Shown here piece by piece: positions 1 through 10,257 of a DNA stretch of 64,000 nucleotides (its first letter is position 1; every line of letters begins with the position of its first letter). The DNA is from Alphaproteobacteria bacterium (GTDB taxonomy: Bacteria > Pseudomonadota > Alphaproteobacteria > Bin95). The position numbers and the translations under genes are program-made. The DNA lies in the NCBI GenBank assembly GCA_963665325.3, contig CAXXWS020000003.1, positions 800,001 through 864,000 on the forward strand, in the 5' to 3' direction. The notes under the pieces are model-generated. The model ran no database searches. It was not told where the DNA came from and saw nothing but the letters and a program-made list of their open reading frames with translations.

Positions 1-266
1 TCTGCCTCGGCGCCGCCATCCGCATCCACACCGGTTCGGTGCTCTGGCGCGACCCGTCCCATACCGGCGAGGCTACCGAGACCATGTGCGCCGTCTACAC
101 CCGGCTCGCCGGCATCGACACCGGCGCCCGGGAACAGGACGCGGCGGTTTCCGAGCCTCATCTGAACGGCCTCATCGAATGGAACGACTCGGACGAGCGT
201 TCCTGGCGGGACATCCGCGAACTCACCGCCGCCGTTCTGCGCCACCTCGACGCGCAACGCTGGTGA
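1..266 (+). CDS. hypothetical protein, probably 5'-truncated by the window edge
   Basis: ORF 39..266 has coding-like codon usage and is open towards the window start; followed by a GC-rich hairpin. Confidence 0.5.
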   Translation, partial: CLGAAIRIHTGSVLWRDPSHTGEATETMCAVYTRLAGIDTGAREQDAAVSEPHLNGLIEWNDSDERSWRDIRELTAAVLRHLDAQRW

Positions 267-418
267 CCGCGGCCTCCGAAGGCCGCGCCCCCTCTCCACT
301 TGGTCCCTCCCTGCCGCGCCCTCCGTGCGCCGCCCCGCCCGGAGTCCGGCCAGCCGGCGGCGCGGCGCGGGAGTTCCGCCGTGCCGGACGCTCATGCCCT
401 TACAGCCCGGAGACCGCC

Positions 419-952
419 ATGCTCCACCGGATCACCGGCCGCGCCACCAAGTGCGGCCCCTCCGCAATCTCCGCGATCGCCGGCGTGCCGACCCACGAGG
501 CCGCCGCCGTCATCCGCCGCCTGTTCGACCGGCCCTCGGTCAACGGCGTCCATACGGACGAGCTCGCGGCTGCCCTCGAAGAGTTCGGCTTCGTTCCCGA
601 CTACGCGATCCGCCATCCGAAGTACCGCGAGCGCCGCCATGCGCGCCGCGAAGAGGTCTGGGACCGCATCTTCGCGGACGTCCCGTTCGAGGCGCGCGCC
701 ATCACGCTCGGGACGTTCCTCGACCCCGCGCCCGCTGGGACCTGGGCGATTTCGGCGAGCCATCACTTCGTGGCCTATGCGGACGGCTTCGTCGCGGATT
801 CCGGTGCGTGGTTTTCACGCAAGCCGGTCTTCTGGTTCCGCGCCATTCCCGACCATGACCGGGTCGCCCTGCGGCGCGTCCGGGAGGCGGTCCGGTTCGT
901 GCACGCGCCCGGAATCGCCGTCCGGCGCAACCCATCCTCCCAGGAGCGCTGA
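419..952 (+). CDS. hypothetical protein, possible papain-like/C39-type peptidase fold
   Basis: GGAG RBS then ATG 419; motifs KCGPSAIS...HHFVAY...VADSG resemble a Cys-His-Asp triad. Confidence 0.55.
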   Translation: MLHRITGRATKCGPSAISAIAGVPTHEAAAVIRRLFDRPSVNGVHTDELAAALEEFGFVPDYAIRHPKYRERRHARREEVWDRIFADVPFEARAITLGTFLDPAPAGTWAISASHHFVAYADGFVADSGAWFSRKPVFWFRAIPDHDRVALRRVREAVRFVHAPGIAVRRNPSSQER

Positions 953-954
953 CC

Positions 955-1599
955 ATGCCCCAGGTTATCGAGACCACGGTCTACACGATCGACGAGCTCT
1001 CCGACGCCGCGAAGGAGAACGCCCGCATCTGGTATCGCGACCAGGGCCTTCACGACGAGTGGTACGACTTCGTCTGCGAGGACTTCCTGACCATCTGCCG
1101 GATCCTCGGCGTGACGCTCGCCACCAGCCCGGTGCGCCTCTATGGCGGCGGAACCCGCGACAAGCCGCACATCTTTTTCAGGCTCTCGTGGAGCCAGGGG
1201 GATGGCGCGAGCTTCGCTGGCCGGTACAGCTACGCCCGAGGCGCCGCCAACGCTATCCGCGCCCACGCGCCGCAGGACGCGGAGCTGCACCGGATCGCGG
1301 ACGAGTTGCAGGCGGTCCAGCGGCGCAATTTCCACCAGCTTCACGCCACCGTCCGGCAACAGGGCTGCTATTGCCATGAGTACACCATGACGATCGGGGT
1401 CGAACGCGACAGCCCGACCTGGCAACCGCCAACGGACGGCGCGGAAGAGACCGTGACCGAGGCGCTGCGCGATCTCGCGCGCTGGCTCTACCGCCAGCTG
1501 CGCTCGGAATACGAGCACCAGACCTCCGACGAAGCCGTCGACGAGATCGTCTCGATCAACGAGTGGACCTTCAAGGCGGATGGCACACGATTTGGCTGA
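955..1599 (+). CDS. conserved ICE/plasmid backbone protein (family often labelled 'antitoxin of toxin-antitoxin stability system')
   Basis: 214 aa, MPQVIETTVYTIDELSDAAKENARIWYR...FWSQGDGA-like motif, recognised from memory of alphaproteobacterial backbones. Confidence 0.65.
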   Translation: MPQVIETTVYTIDELSDAAKENARIWYRDQGLHDEWYDFVCEDFLTICRILGVTLATSPVRLYGGGTRDKPHIFFRLSWSQGDGASFAGRYSYARGAANAIRAHAPQDAELHRIADELQAVQRRNFHQLHATVRQQGCYCHEYTMTIGVERDSPTWQPPTDGAEETVTEALRDLARWLYRQLRSEYEHQTSDEAVDEIVSINEWTFKADGTRFG

Positions 1600-1787
1600 C
1601 GCCGCCGGTTGGCCGCACCGGGCGCTGACCCTGGCGGTCTGACCGAACCGCCTCTTCCTTCCTGAACCCGTCCGCGCGCCCGCATGCGCGTCCGGCTCCG
1701 CCGACGCGCCCGGCGCCGGCGGGAGTCCGGCCAGCCGGCCGGGGGCGGTCGGCGGGACGGGGCGGGAGTTCCCGTTCCGCGCCTGCC

Positions 1788-1847
1788 GCCTGCCCCGGAC
1801 CACGATCCGGGAGCCTGCCCCGGACCACGATCCGGGGGCCTGCCCGG
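1788..1847 (+). repeat. tandem 25-bp REP-like palindromic unit GCCTGCCCCGGACCACGATCCGGG(A/G), 2 full copies plus a partial
   Basis: Copies at 1788-1812, 1813-1837 and partial 1838-1847. Confidence 0.9.
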
Positions 1848-1870
1848 TCCCTTCCCTGACGGAGCCTGCC

Positions 1871-4800
1871 ATGCTTGACGCCAATCCGGCGCCGGACGCC
1901 CTCGCGCGTCCGCCCCTTCCCGCCACCGCCATCGACCCGCCCGCATCGCCGGTCCGTCCGATCCAGGGCGATGCCATTTTCGCCGCGGCCCATGCCCTGC
2001 TGCCGGTCCTGGAGGCGGGCAAGCCGCTCGACGCCGCAACCCTCCGGGACGCCATGACGGATGCCTTCGGCGGTTCCGATTCCTCGGGCGCCTGGGTCTG
2101 GAAGGACGCCTACGAGGCCGCCGAGGCGGCGTGCGTGCTGTTCCTCCAGCGCTACGGCCGTGGCATGCGCCGCACTTGCGGCGCCGGATCGGACGGCCCG
2201 CGCCGCATGCTGGCGATGCTGGAGGCGGTCGCCGCGCTGGAGCCCTCCCACACCAGGCGCTCGGAGGAGCAGGTCCGGCTGCAACAGTTCTCGACGCCGC
2301 TGTCACTCGCCTATGCCGCCCTCCAGGCCGCCGCGATCCGGCCCGGCGACGTCGTGCTGGAGCCCTCGGCCGGCACCGGCATGCTCGCCGTCATGGCGCA
2401 GTGCGCGCTGGGCAATTCCGCCACCGGCAATCTCCATCTCAACGAATACGCGCAGACGCGGGCGCGGCTTCTGACCAGGCTGTTCCCGCAGGCCGTGGTG
2501 ACGGCGTTCAACGCCGAGGCCATCGCCGACCGGCTGCGCGACGTCCACCCGACCGTGGTGCTGATGAACCCGCCGTTTTCGGCAACGCCCGGTGTGGACC
2601 GCATCACCCGCGACGCCGACCTGCGCCATGTCCGCTCGGCCGCCTCGATGCTGCCGCCGGGAGGCCGGCTGGTGACGATCACCTCGGCCCATTGCGCGCC
2701 GGGCGACACCGTCGGCCGTCTCGATCCCCCGGCGCGCTGCATCTTCACCATGGCGATCGACGGGCGCGCCTATGCGCGCCGGGGCACCGGGTTCGACACC
2801 CGCCTCACCGTGCTGGAGCGCGGCGCTGGACCCGAAGTGGATCTGGACGGAACGGTCCGCGCCGCCAACGCCGCAGCGCTGCTCGAAGCCGTCATCGCGC
2901 AGGTGCCGAAGCGGCAGCCGATCGCGCCGATGCCAGTGCCGGCCGGTCCGTCGCGCGACCTGTTCGGCAAGCCGGTCGCGCCGAAACCGGCGAAGCGCGG
3001 TCCCAAGCCCGCATCGACGCCCGAGACCCGGCAGGCCCATGACTGGGGGCCGGTTACGGAACTGGCCGTCGAGACCGGCCCGGTCGAGCCGCTTGCCGAT
3101 TCCCCTGACAACAACGCCGGCCCCTACGCCCCCTGGCGGCCGGGCGTCGTGCGGGCGCCGGGCGCGGTCGAGCATCCGACCCCGCTGGTGCAATCCGCGG
3201 CGATGGCCGCCGTGCCGCACCCGGCGCCGGCGTACCGGCCGATGCTCCCGGATCGCGTAGTGACGGAAGCCCAGCTGTCCGACGCCCAGCTGGAGAGCGT
3301 CGTCCTGGCTGGGGAAGCCCATTCGCGCCACCTCGCGGCGCAGTACCGCATCGGCTCCCAGTGGGAGACCGTCCACCGCTGCCCGGAAGACGGTGAGGAC
3401 GAGGAAGAGATCGACACCTCCCTTGTCACCCAGGAAGGCGAGACCCTGTCGGAACCGGTGTGCTTCCGCCGGGGCTGGATGCTGGGCGACGGCACCGGCT
3501 GCGGCAAGGGCAGGCAGGTCGCGGCGATCATCCTCGACAACCGCCTCCGTGGCAGGAAGCGCGCCCTCTGGCTGTCACAGTCCGACAAGCTGCTGGAGGA
3601 CGCGCGCCGCGACTGGACCGCGCTGGGCGGGCTGGAGAGCGACGTCATCCCGCTGGGGAACTTCCGCCAGGGGATGGAGATACCCCTCGACGAGGGGATT
3701 CTCTTCGCCACCTACGCCACGCTGCGCTCGCCGTCCCGCCAGGGCCGGCCCTCGCGACTCGACCAGATTGTGCAGTGGCTGGCCGGCTCATTGGACGAGG
3801 AGGACCGCCACGCCTTCGACGGGGTCATCGTGTTCGACGAGGCGCATGCGATGGCGAACGCGGCCGGCTCGAAGTCCGAGCGCGGCGAGGTGAAGCCCTC
3901 GCAGCAGGGCCGCGCCGGGCTGCGGTTGCAGAATGCATTGCCGGATGCCCGGATCGCCTATGTGTCCGCCACCGGCGCCACCACGCTGCCGGGTTTGGCG
4001 TATGCGGGGCGGCTCGGTCTGTGGGCCGCCGGCGAGACGCCGTTCGAGAGCCGCGTCGAGTTCGTTTCCGCCATGGAGGCGGGCGGCGTCGCCGCCATGG
4101 AAGTGGTGGCGCGCGATCTCAAAGCGCTCGGCCTCTACCAGGCAAGGGCGCTTGCCTATGACGGCATCGAGGTCGACATCCTCGAACACCCGCTCACCCC
4201 CGAGCAGCGGCGCATCTACGACGCCTATGCCGACGCCTTCAAGGTGATCCACGCCAACATCGAGGAAGCGCTGAAGGCCACCGGCATCGTCCAGGGCGAG
4301 GACACGCTCAACAGGAATGCAAAATCGGCGGCATTGTCGGCCTTCGAGGGGACCAAGCAGCGCTTCTTCGGCCATCTGCTGACCGGCATGAAGTGCCCCT
4401 CGACCATCCGTGCGATCGACGCCGACCTCGCGGCACACAGATCCTCTGTGGTCCAGCTGGTCTCGACCGGCGAGGCGCTGATGGAACGCCGCATCGCCGA
4501 CGTCCCGGCCTCGGAGTGGGACGACCTCAATATCGACCTCACCCCGCGCGACGCCATCCTGTCCTACCTGATGCACGCCTTCCCGGTGCAGTTGCAGGAA
4601 CCCTTCACCGACGACGGCGGCAATCTGCTCAGCCGGCCCGCCAGGGATGACGATGGCAACCCGGTGATCTGCCGCGAGGCCGAGGATCGGCGCGACGCGC
4701 TGATCGAGAAGCTCGCGGCCCTGCCGCCGGTGCCGACGGCGCTGGACCAGATCGTGCAGCATTTCGGGCACGAGGCCGTCGCGGAGGTCACCGGCCGGTC

Positions 4801-6382
4801 GCGGCGCGTGCTACGCATTACGGATGCCAAGGGCGAGCGTCTGGCGCTGCGCAGCCGGCCCGCTTCGGCCAATCTCGCCGAGACCGCCGCGTTCATGGAC
4901 GGCGAGAAGCGCATCCTCGTGTTCTCCATGGCCGGCGGGACCGGCAGGAGCTACCACGCGGATCTGTCCTGCGGGAACACCGAGCGGCGCATCCACTACC
5001 TGCTGGAGCCGGGCTGGCGCGCCGACCAGGCGATCCAGGGGCTGGGCAGGACCCACCGCACGCACCAGGCCTCCGCGCCGATGTTCCGGCCCGTCACCAC
5101 CGACGTGAAGGGCGAGCGCAGGTTCATCGCCACCATCGCCAGAAGGTTGGACAGCCTGGGCGCCATCACGCGCGGCCAGCGGGATTCGCAGACCGCGATG
5201 GGCGGCAGCGACGCCGTGCTGTTCCGCGAGAGCGACAATCTGGAGAGCCTCTACGCCAGGGCGGCATTGCGCCAGTTCTACGGCGCGCTCTGGCGCGGCA
5301 GCATCGAGGGCTGGAACCTGGAGCGCTTCGAGAAGGCCACCGGACTGAAGCTCACCTGGGAGGGCTCGCTCAAGGAAGACCTGCCGCCCATGCCCAGGTT
5401 CCTCAACCGGCTGCTGGCGCTTCCCATCGCCGAGCAGAACCAGCTCTTCGCCGAGCTGGAGAGCCGCATCGCTTCCAACATCGAGCAGGCGATCGAGGCC
5501 GGCAGCTACGAGGTCGGCGTCGAGACCGTCACCGCCGACTCGCTCGCCGTCGCCGGACGGGAGACGCTCTACGAGCATCCCGGCACCGGTGCGGCGACCG
5601 AGCTGGTCGAGATCGTCCGACGAGACAGGCTGGTGCCGCTTTCGGCCGAATCGGCGCTGGAGATCGGTCAGCAGGATCCCGGTCCGGACGGCCTGCCCCG
5701 GACTGGATCCGGGGGCAAGCCGCGCCTCACCGTCAACGCCCGCTCGAAGCGCGCCGCCGTCATCCTGCCGGCGTCGTCGCGCATGCTGGACGACGGCGGG
5801 GTGCGGGAACGGGTGCGCCTGATCCGGCCCGCCACCGGCGAGACGATGGCCCGGGCCGAGCTCGACGCCTCCAACTGGCGCCCCGCCGACGAAGCGCGGT
5901 GGCGCCGCGTGTGGGACGCTGAGATCGCCGGGCTGCCGTCGCACCGGGAGACGCGCTTCTGGCTCGCCTCCGGCCTGCTGCTGCCGGTCTGGGACCGGCT
6001 GCCGGCCGAGAACATGCGGGTCAGGCGGCTCACGTCGGATGACGGTATCTCCCTCATCGGGCGCGTGCTCGACGCGGAGCAGGTGCGCGCCGTGCGCGCC
6101 GGCTTCGGCCTCGACGGCGGTCCCGCCATGACCGGCGCCGAGGCCTTCGAGGCCGTCATGGGACGGGGCAACGCGCTGCCGCTGGCCAACGGCTGGCGGC
6201 TCGCGCGCCGCCGCCTGATGGGCGCCGACCGGATCGAGATCGAGGGGCCGGCGGACACCGACATGGCCGTGCTGAAGCGCATGGGCTGCGTCACCGAGAT
6301 CGTCTCATGGCGAACCCGTGTGTTCGCGCCAAATGCGGACGTCGTTGCACGCCTCCTCGACCGCTGGCCGCTCGCCGCCTGA
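1871..6382 (+). CDS. strawberry-notch family methyltransferase/helicase fusion
   Basis: 1503 aa; LEPSAGTG and NPPF methylase motifs, GDGTGCGKGRQ Walker A, FDEAH, SATG, QGLGRTHRT. Confidence 0.93.
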   Translation: MLDANPAPDALARPPLPATAIDPPASPVRPIQGDAIFAAAHALLPVLEAGKPLDAATLRDAMTDAFGGSDSSGAWVWKDAYEAAEAACVLFLQRYGRGMRRTCGAGSDGPRRMLAMLEAVAALEPSHTRRSEEQVRLQQFSTPLSLAYAALQAAAIRPGDVVLEPSAGTGMLAVMAQCALGNSATGNLHLNEYAQTRARLLTRLFPQAVVTAFNAEAIADRLRDVHPTVVLMNPPFSATPGVDRITRDADLRHVRSAASMLPPGGRLVTITSAHCAPGDTVGRLDPPARCIFTMAIDGRAYARRGTGFDTRLTVLERGAGPEVDLDGTVRAANAAALLEAVIAQVPKRQPIAPMPVPAGPSRDLFGKPVAPKPAKRGPKPASTPETRQAHDWGPVTELAVETGPVEPLADSPDNNAGPYAPWRPGVVRAPGAVEHPTPLVQSAAMAAVPHPAPAYRPMLPDRVVTEAQLSDAQLESVVLAGEAHSRHLAAQYRIGSQWETVHRCPEDGEDEEEIDTSLVTQEGETLSEPVCFRRGWMLGDGTGCGKGRQVAAIILDNRLRGRKRALWLSQSDKLLEDARRDWTALGGLESDVIPLGNFRQGMEIPLDEGILFATYATLRSPSRQGRPSRLDQIVQWLAGSLDEEDRHAFDGVIVFDEAHAMANAAGSKSERGEVKPSQQGRAGLRLQNALPDARIAYVSATGATTLPGLAYAGRLGLWAAGETPFESRVEFVSAMEAGGVAAMEVVARDLKALGLYQARALAYDGIEVDILEHPLTPEQRRIYDAYADAFKVIHANIEEALKATGIVQGEDTLNRNAKSAALSAFEGTKQRFFGHLLTGMKCPSTIRAIDADLAAHRSSVVQLVSTGEALMERRIADVPASEWDDLNIDLTPRDAILSYLMHAFPVQLQEPFTDDGGNLLSRPARDDDGNPVICREAEDRRDALIEKLAALPPVPTALDQIVQHFGHEAVAEVTGRSRRVLRITDAKGERLALRSRPASANLAETAAFMDGEKRILVFSMAGGTGRSYHADLSCGNTERRIHYLLEPGWRADQAIQGLGRTHRTHQASAPMFRPVTTDVKGERRFIATIARRLDSLGAITRGQRDSQTAMGGSDAVLFRESDNLESLYARAALRQFYGALWRGSIEGWNLERFEKATGLKLTWEGSLKEDLPPMPRFLNRLLALPIAEQNQLFAELESRIASNIEQAIEAGSYEVGVETVTADSLAVAGRETLYEHPGTGAATELVEIVRRDRLVPLSAESALEIGQQDPGPDGLPRTGSGGKPRLTVNARSKRAAVILPASSRMLDDGGVRERVRLIRPATGETMARAELDASNWRPADEARWRRVWDAEIAGLPSHRETRFWLASGLLLPVWDRLPAENMRVRRLTSDDGISLIGRVLDAEQVRAVRAGFGLDGGPAMTGAEAFEAVMGRGNALPLANGWRLARRRLMGADRIEIEGPADTDMAVLKRMGCVTEIVSWRTRVFAPNADVVARLLDRWPLAA

Positions 6383-6501
6383 GCAGCACGCATGATACGT
6401 ATGGCCGGCTCGCCGCCCGCCGTTATTCCATCGCCGGTGCGCCGGGGGGTACCGCCGGCCCGCCGCCCGCCGATCCCATTCAGCGCACAAGGAGAGCCGC
6501 C

Positions 6502-6771
6502 ATGACCGCGCAGACCCTCCCGGACGAGCCGAACTTCTGTTTCGTGCCCGCCTACGATGTCGAAACCGACGTGCAGCAGATCAGAATCGTGATCGAGGGC
6601 CTCGCCGGGCATGTCCCCACCGCGCTGATCGCGCTCGATCTGGACGATGCTCTCGCCATTTGCGACAAGCTGAACCGAAGGATCGGTTACGACCGCGAGG
6701 CCTGGACCGCCATGGTGGCCGCCTCCATGCAGGCCGAGGACGACGATCCGGAGATCGACCCCTGGCACTGA
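6502..6771 (+). CDS. hypothetical 89-aa protein, copy 1
   Basis: AAGGAG RBS; about 78% aa identity (69/89 counted by hand) to 11042-11311. Confidence 0.8.
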   Translation: MTAQTLPDEPNFCFVPAYDVETDVQQIRIVIEGLAGHVPTALIALDLDDALAICDKLNRRIGYDREAWTAMVAASMQAEDDDPEIDPWH

Positions 6772-6953
6772 GGCCGCCATCCCGCAAACGCCACTCCACG
6801 TGTCGGCGCTCGGGGAGCTGTTTTCCCTACAGCGCCCGCAAGTTCTTCCGGAGCAATGCGCTGCCGCGACAGGCAGCCCGATACGCCCATTCCGTCCCTG
6901 TGCAATGCCCACGGCGCACCCGGGGTTCACGCAGCAACCACCTCCCGGGAGCG

Positions 6954-7691
6954 TCAGGCCTTGGGACCCTCAAACCAGTCGGGAATCGGGTGTTTCCGTA
7001 TCCCCGTTTCCCGGGCGAACTCCCGGATATGGCGCCACTTTTGCAGGAAGACCTTGCAAAAGGGATTTCTCGCGCCGAGGTCGAAGATGCCTCGGCCAAG
7101 ACATTCAACGGCAACATCGTCGTCCAGCAATGGCGCCGGGCTCCAGTTGTCATAAATGACCAGCCAGTTGTTCCGGTATTTCGCGAAGCCCTGCTTTCTG
7201 AACCTTTCCCCCTTTTCTTCAACGCGATCCAACACGGCCTCGACCCAGTTGCGCTCTATCGAGTTTCCCATGTCAGGAACAGCCTGTATCTGTCCCCTCG
7301 CGACCTTCTCGATCTCGGACCTCGAACGAGGCGGTTCACTGACCCGGTGGGGCGGGATGTAGCGGACGCCATGGATTCCTTTCTCCTCGGAATAGGCCCT
7401 AACCCGGGCCCAATCCTGGGGGACTACCTGGCTGATCTCGACTCCCACCCGTCCAGTAGGAGGCGTCAGAACGAGATCGGGTCTTTCGCTTGTCTCGACT
7501 CGCAGAGGGTATTCCAGGAGACCGGCTTGGGCGGTCGCGCCAAGGAAACGACACGTAATCCATCTCTCGGAACGCACCTTTCGATCCCGGCCCCGACCGC
7601 GCCCCGGTGGAGGAACCCGAACATCGTTGGCGCGAAGCTTCGCGGCGAGTTCCGACGACGACCCAACCTGGAACGGCCTCATTTTTCGCAT
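6954..7691 (-). CDS. hypothetical protein, possible PD-(D/E)xK nuclease fold
   Basis: 245 aa; ERPDLVL...GRVGVEIS motif; lower-GC cargo. Confidence 0.55.
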   Translation of the reverse strand: MRKMRPFQVGSSSELAAKLRANDVRVPPPGRGRGRDRKVRSERWITCRFLGATAQAGLLEYPLRVETSERPDLVLTPPTGRVGVEISQVVPQDWARVRAYSEEKGIHGVRYIPPHRVSEPPRSRSEIEKVARGQIQAVPDMGNSIERNWVEAVLDRVEEKGERFRKQGFAKYRNNWLVIYDNWSPAPLLDDDVAVECLGRGIFDLGARNPFCKVFLQKWRHIREFARETGIRKHPIPDWFEGPKA

Positions 7692-7850
7692 CGCCTTCAG
7701 ATCTCCCGGCCTATCGACTGCAACGGTCTACGCATTTCTGGCATTAGAATGCCGTGCAGCCCTACGATCCTTACTCCATGGTCCGAACGCTGCGAGCCAC
7801 GCAGGCGGCCCGGGCTCCGGCCATTTGTTTCCGGTCGCGTCGTTCGCACC

Positions 7851-7965
7851 AGCTACAGGAAACGTCTTCCCCGACGAGCATGTCCTGAAGGCCGACCTTG
7901 TCGACCGCATCGACGCCGTCCTCCGGCAGCAGGCTATCGCCAGGGCCAATGCCCGGCGGCCTGAC
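7851..7965 (+). pseudogene. remnant of an XRE/HTH_37-type antitoxin
   Basis: Frame reads TGNVFPDEHVLKADLVDRIDAVLRQQAIARANARR, like the SGNVFADLG..EHLLKAELV.RI N-terminus; no start codon and no intact HTH. Confidence 0.5.
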
Positions 7966-8255
7966 GCAAAGCCCTATTGGAAGATCCGTAGCGTGACGAC
8001 GCTTCGATCTTGCCACTCGAGGTCCGGACCCGCTCAACCCGACCGTCTCAGCGCCTGAGGTGAAGCGCCGTGTCGCCGTGGGCAAGGGATGATCAGGCCG
8101 AGCGCTCAATGTTTCGTCGAATACAGGGGCTCCACCTCGGATGAAGCGCGGCATGAAGGGTTGCGCAGGCGCCCGGATCGCCGCGATCCCGAAGCAGGTC
8201 ACCGCCCCTACCGACGATCCGTGTCTGACAGCGATGGAAATCGCCGACGTCTCCA

Positions 8256-8451
8256 CCTGAATTCAGGACTTGCGACGGGGCCTGCAATCCTCTATGGAAG
8301 CCCTTCTGGCTCGCGACGAGCCTTTGGTTGCCACGAAAGCGTCCGCGCCGGCAAACGAATCGTCGCAAAATGCGGTTCTCGCATTCACTAACGGTTTTCC
8401 AGTTCTGGCCTTGCGCAAGCGGACGTGTGCAATTTGCGCTGGAGAACCGCT
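8256..8451 (+). promoter_or_regulatory. putative sigma70 promoter with adjacent palindrome and a structured leader of about 145 nt
   Basis: CCTGAATTCAGG palindrome 8256-8267; TTGCGA(8270)-N17-TATGGA(8293); several complementary segments that include the RBS. Confidence 0.5.
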
Positions 8452-10257
8452 ATGGCTCGGCAGAACCCCAACAAGTTCCTTCCGTTTGACAAGTACCATG
8501 TCGCCCCCATCGGCGGCATTGACCAAGACTCCCTGAAGAAAGCCGCCAAGCTCGCGCGAACCAAATATCGCGACGATGAACGCAAGCTGTCCCACAGCCT
8601 CGTTCTGAACCACATCGCCAAGTCTCTGGGATTTCGCGGAGGCTTCGGCGGATATGTCCGCGACTACAAGGACCGGCTGGAAGTGTTCATGCGGGAGCAC
8701 GGCCTCGTTTCCAGATCCGACGTGTTCGCTCCCCTTCCCCTTGCCGGCGACGCCGTCGTCGCGTTGACATACAGGCAGATCGCCGACCGTCTGTTTTCCT
8801 CCGGGCGTCCCATGCCCAAACGGATATTCGTGGGCGCGGGAGTCGCCGTTTTCGACCTGCTGGAGGCAGCACCGGCCCAAGGGCTCAAAGTAGGGTTCAT
8901 GACGTCGGGCAAGAGCCTGGCTTTCACGGACGTCAACCCCGCCAGGATCGACCGCACCGTACCGCCTGCCAGCTACTCCATACACAGTCCCGAGGCGGAA
9001 CTGTGCCTATCGGAAGCAAAGTTCTCGTTCGGCAATCTCATCGGGGACCAACTCTGCGATGCGGGCAGCGGCGCCCGCATCGTCGCTCAGGCCTACAACA
9101 TCGATGACGTCAGGCGCGAGCGGCTGCAGGCGTCCGGCAGGCTCCTGCGTCGCATCCTGGATGCCTGTCCCTCCGGATGGGTGGAAGTCATCCCCTACAA
9201 CGACCGCCTCGCCTTCCTGAAAGGTCCCGGCGGCGGATACGAGTTCGTCTTCAAGGGCATGCGCGACGCCGCGTTCAGACGGAATGTCCATGCCCCGTTT
9301 CTCCGCAACAAGGACGTCTCCAAGTCGGAGGACGCAAACGATTTCGAACTCCACCTCTACTTCGAGTATCGCGATTGGCTCGAATCCGACCGGCATGAAG
9401 CCGAGACGGCCTTCTATGCAAACGGCGGTTCGACGCTCACCTACCCCGGACAGGATGAGATATTGAAGGCTCATCTTGCCCGGAACGGAAGCTATGTACC
9501 GCCTATAAAGAAGGCCCCTAGGCGGCCCCCTTACACCCTGGCCGAACGGGCCGGGCACAGGCTCTGCTTCTCGGAACTCGTCACGGTCGAGCAGTTCAAC
9601 CGCTTTCTCGATCGCAATCACGACTATGTGGAGCACAGGCGGCGCGTTCTCGGTGACGAACCTCTGGAGACCGTCAACGATGAGCCTCCGCACTTGCCGG
9701 CCGCCACGACCTGGTACGACGCGAAAGCCTACGCCAGATGGATCAAGCGCACCCAAATGCTTCCCGTCCGGCTGCCCACCGAAGAAGAGTACCTCGTCCT
9801 CGCCGCCGACCTCATCCCCGACCAAATCTCCGGTGAAGAACTCAGGGAAGCCCTCGGGAAACGCCTCTGCGTCTTCTTCGATGCCCAAGGCAACAGGTTC
9901 GACGGGCATCCGCCCTACATGTCCCGGCCCGAATTCGCGCGTTTGCAATGCCGCTACGACCGGGACCGCATCGAGTGGGCTGAAGCAGCGACAGGGCTGA
10001 AAACCATCCGCTCCGCCTGGTTCGGCGAGTGGCTCTTGCCTGTTGGAGCGGCGATCAACGGCCGGTTCATGTGTTCCCAATACGATGTCCACCTCGCGGC
10101 CCAAATGAGAATTTCCGCAGAGAGAGGTCGTTTCGCTGCATGGAGCACCGGCAAGTACAAGTCGATGAAGATCGGTTTCCGCCTCGTTTACGAGGCGGAT
10201 ATCGGAAGTTCTAACACCCGCCGCGCTTCGGGTCGCACCGGGGATGCCGGGCGATGA
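8452..10257 (+). CDS. SUMF1/FGE-sulfatase (C-type lectin fold) domain protein with an N-terminal glyoxalase-superfamily-like helical motif
   Basis: GGAG RBS; ELVTVEQFNRF, TWYDAKAYARW, RLPTEEEY, GEW, IGFRLV; N-terminal LSHSLVLNHIAKSLGF. Confidence 0.75.
   Translation: MARQNPNKFLPFDKYHVAPIGGIDQDSLKKAAKLARTKYRDDERKLSHSLVLNHIAKSLGFRGGFGGYVRDYKDRLEVFMREHGLVSRSDVFAPLPLAGDAVVALTYRQIADRLFSSGRPMPKRIFVGAGVAVFDLLEAAPAQGLKVGFMTSGKSLAFTDVNPARIDRTVPPASYSIHSPEAELCLSEAKFSFGNLIGDQLCDAGSGARIVAQAYNIDDVRRERLQASGRLLRRILDACPSGWVEVIPYNDRLAFLKGPGGGYEFVFKGMRDAAFRRNVHAPFLRNKDVSKSEDANDFELHLYFEYRDWLESDRHEAETAFYANGGSTLTYPGQDEILKAHLARNGSYVPPIKKAPRRPPYTLAERAGHRLCFSELVTVEQFNRFLDRNHDYVEHRRRVLGDEPLETVNDEPPHLPAATTWYDAKAYARWIKRTQMLPVRLPTEEEYLVLAADLIPDQISGEELREALGKRLCVFFDAQGNRFDGHPPYMSRPEFARLQCRYDRDRIEWAEAATGLKTIRSAWFGEWLLPVGAAINGRFMCSQYDVHLAAQMRISAERGRFAAWSTGKYKSMKIGFRLVYEADIGSSNTRRASGRTGDAGR

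Noticed and set aside
8349-8392. tmRNA-like tag (GCAAACGAA.. reading ANES..)
   Set aside because: No ALAA-stop ending and no tRNA-like domain
8452-10257. Diversity-generating retroelement target (FGE/CLec fold)
   Set aside because: No reverse transcriptase and no template/variable repeat pair seen in the window
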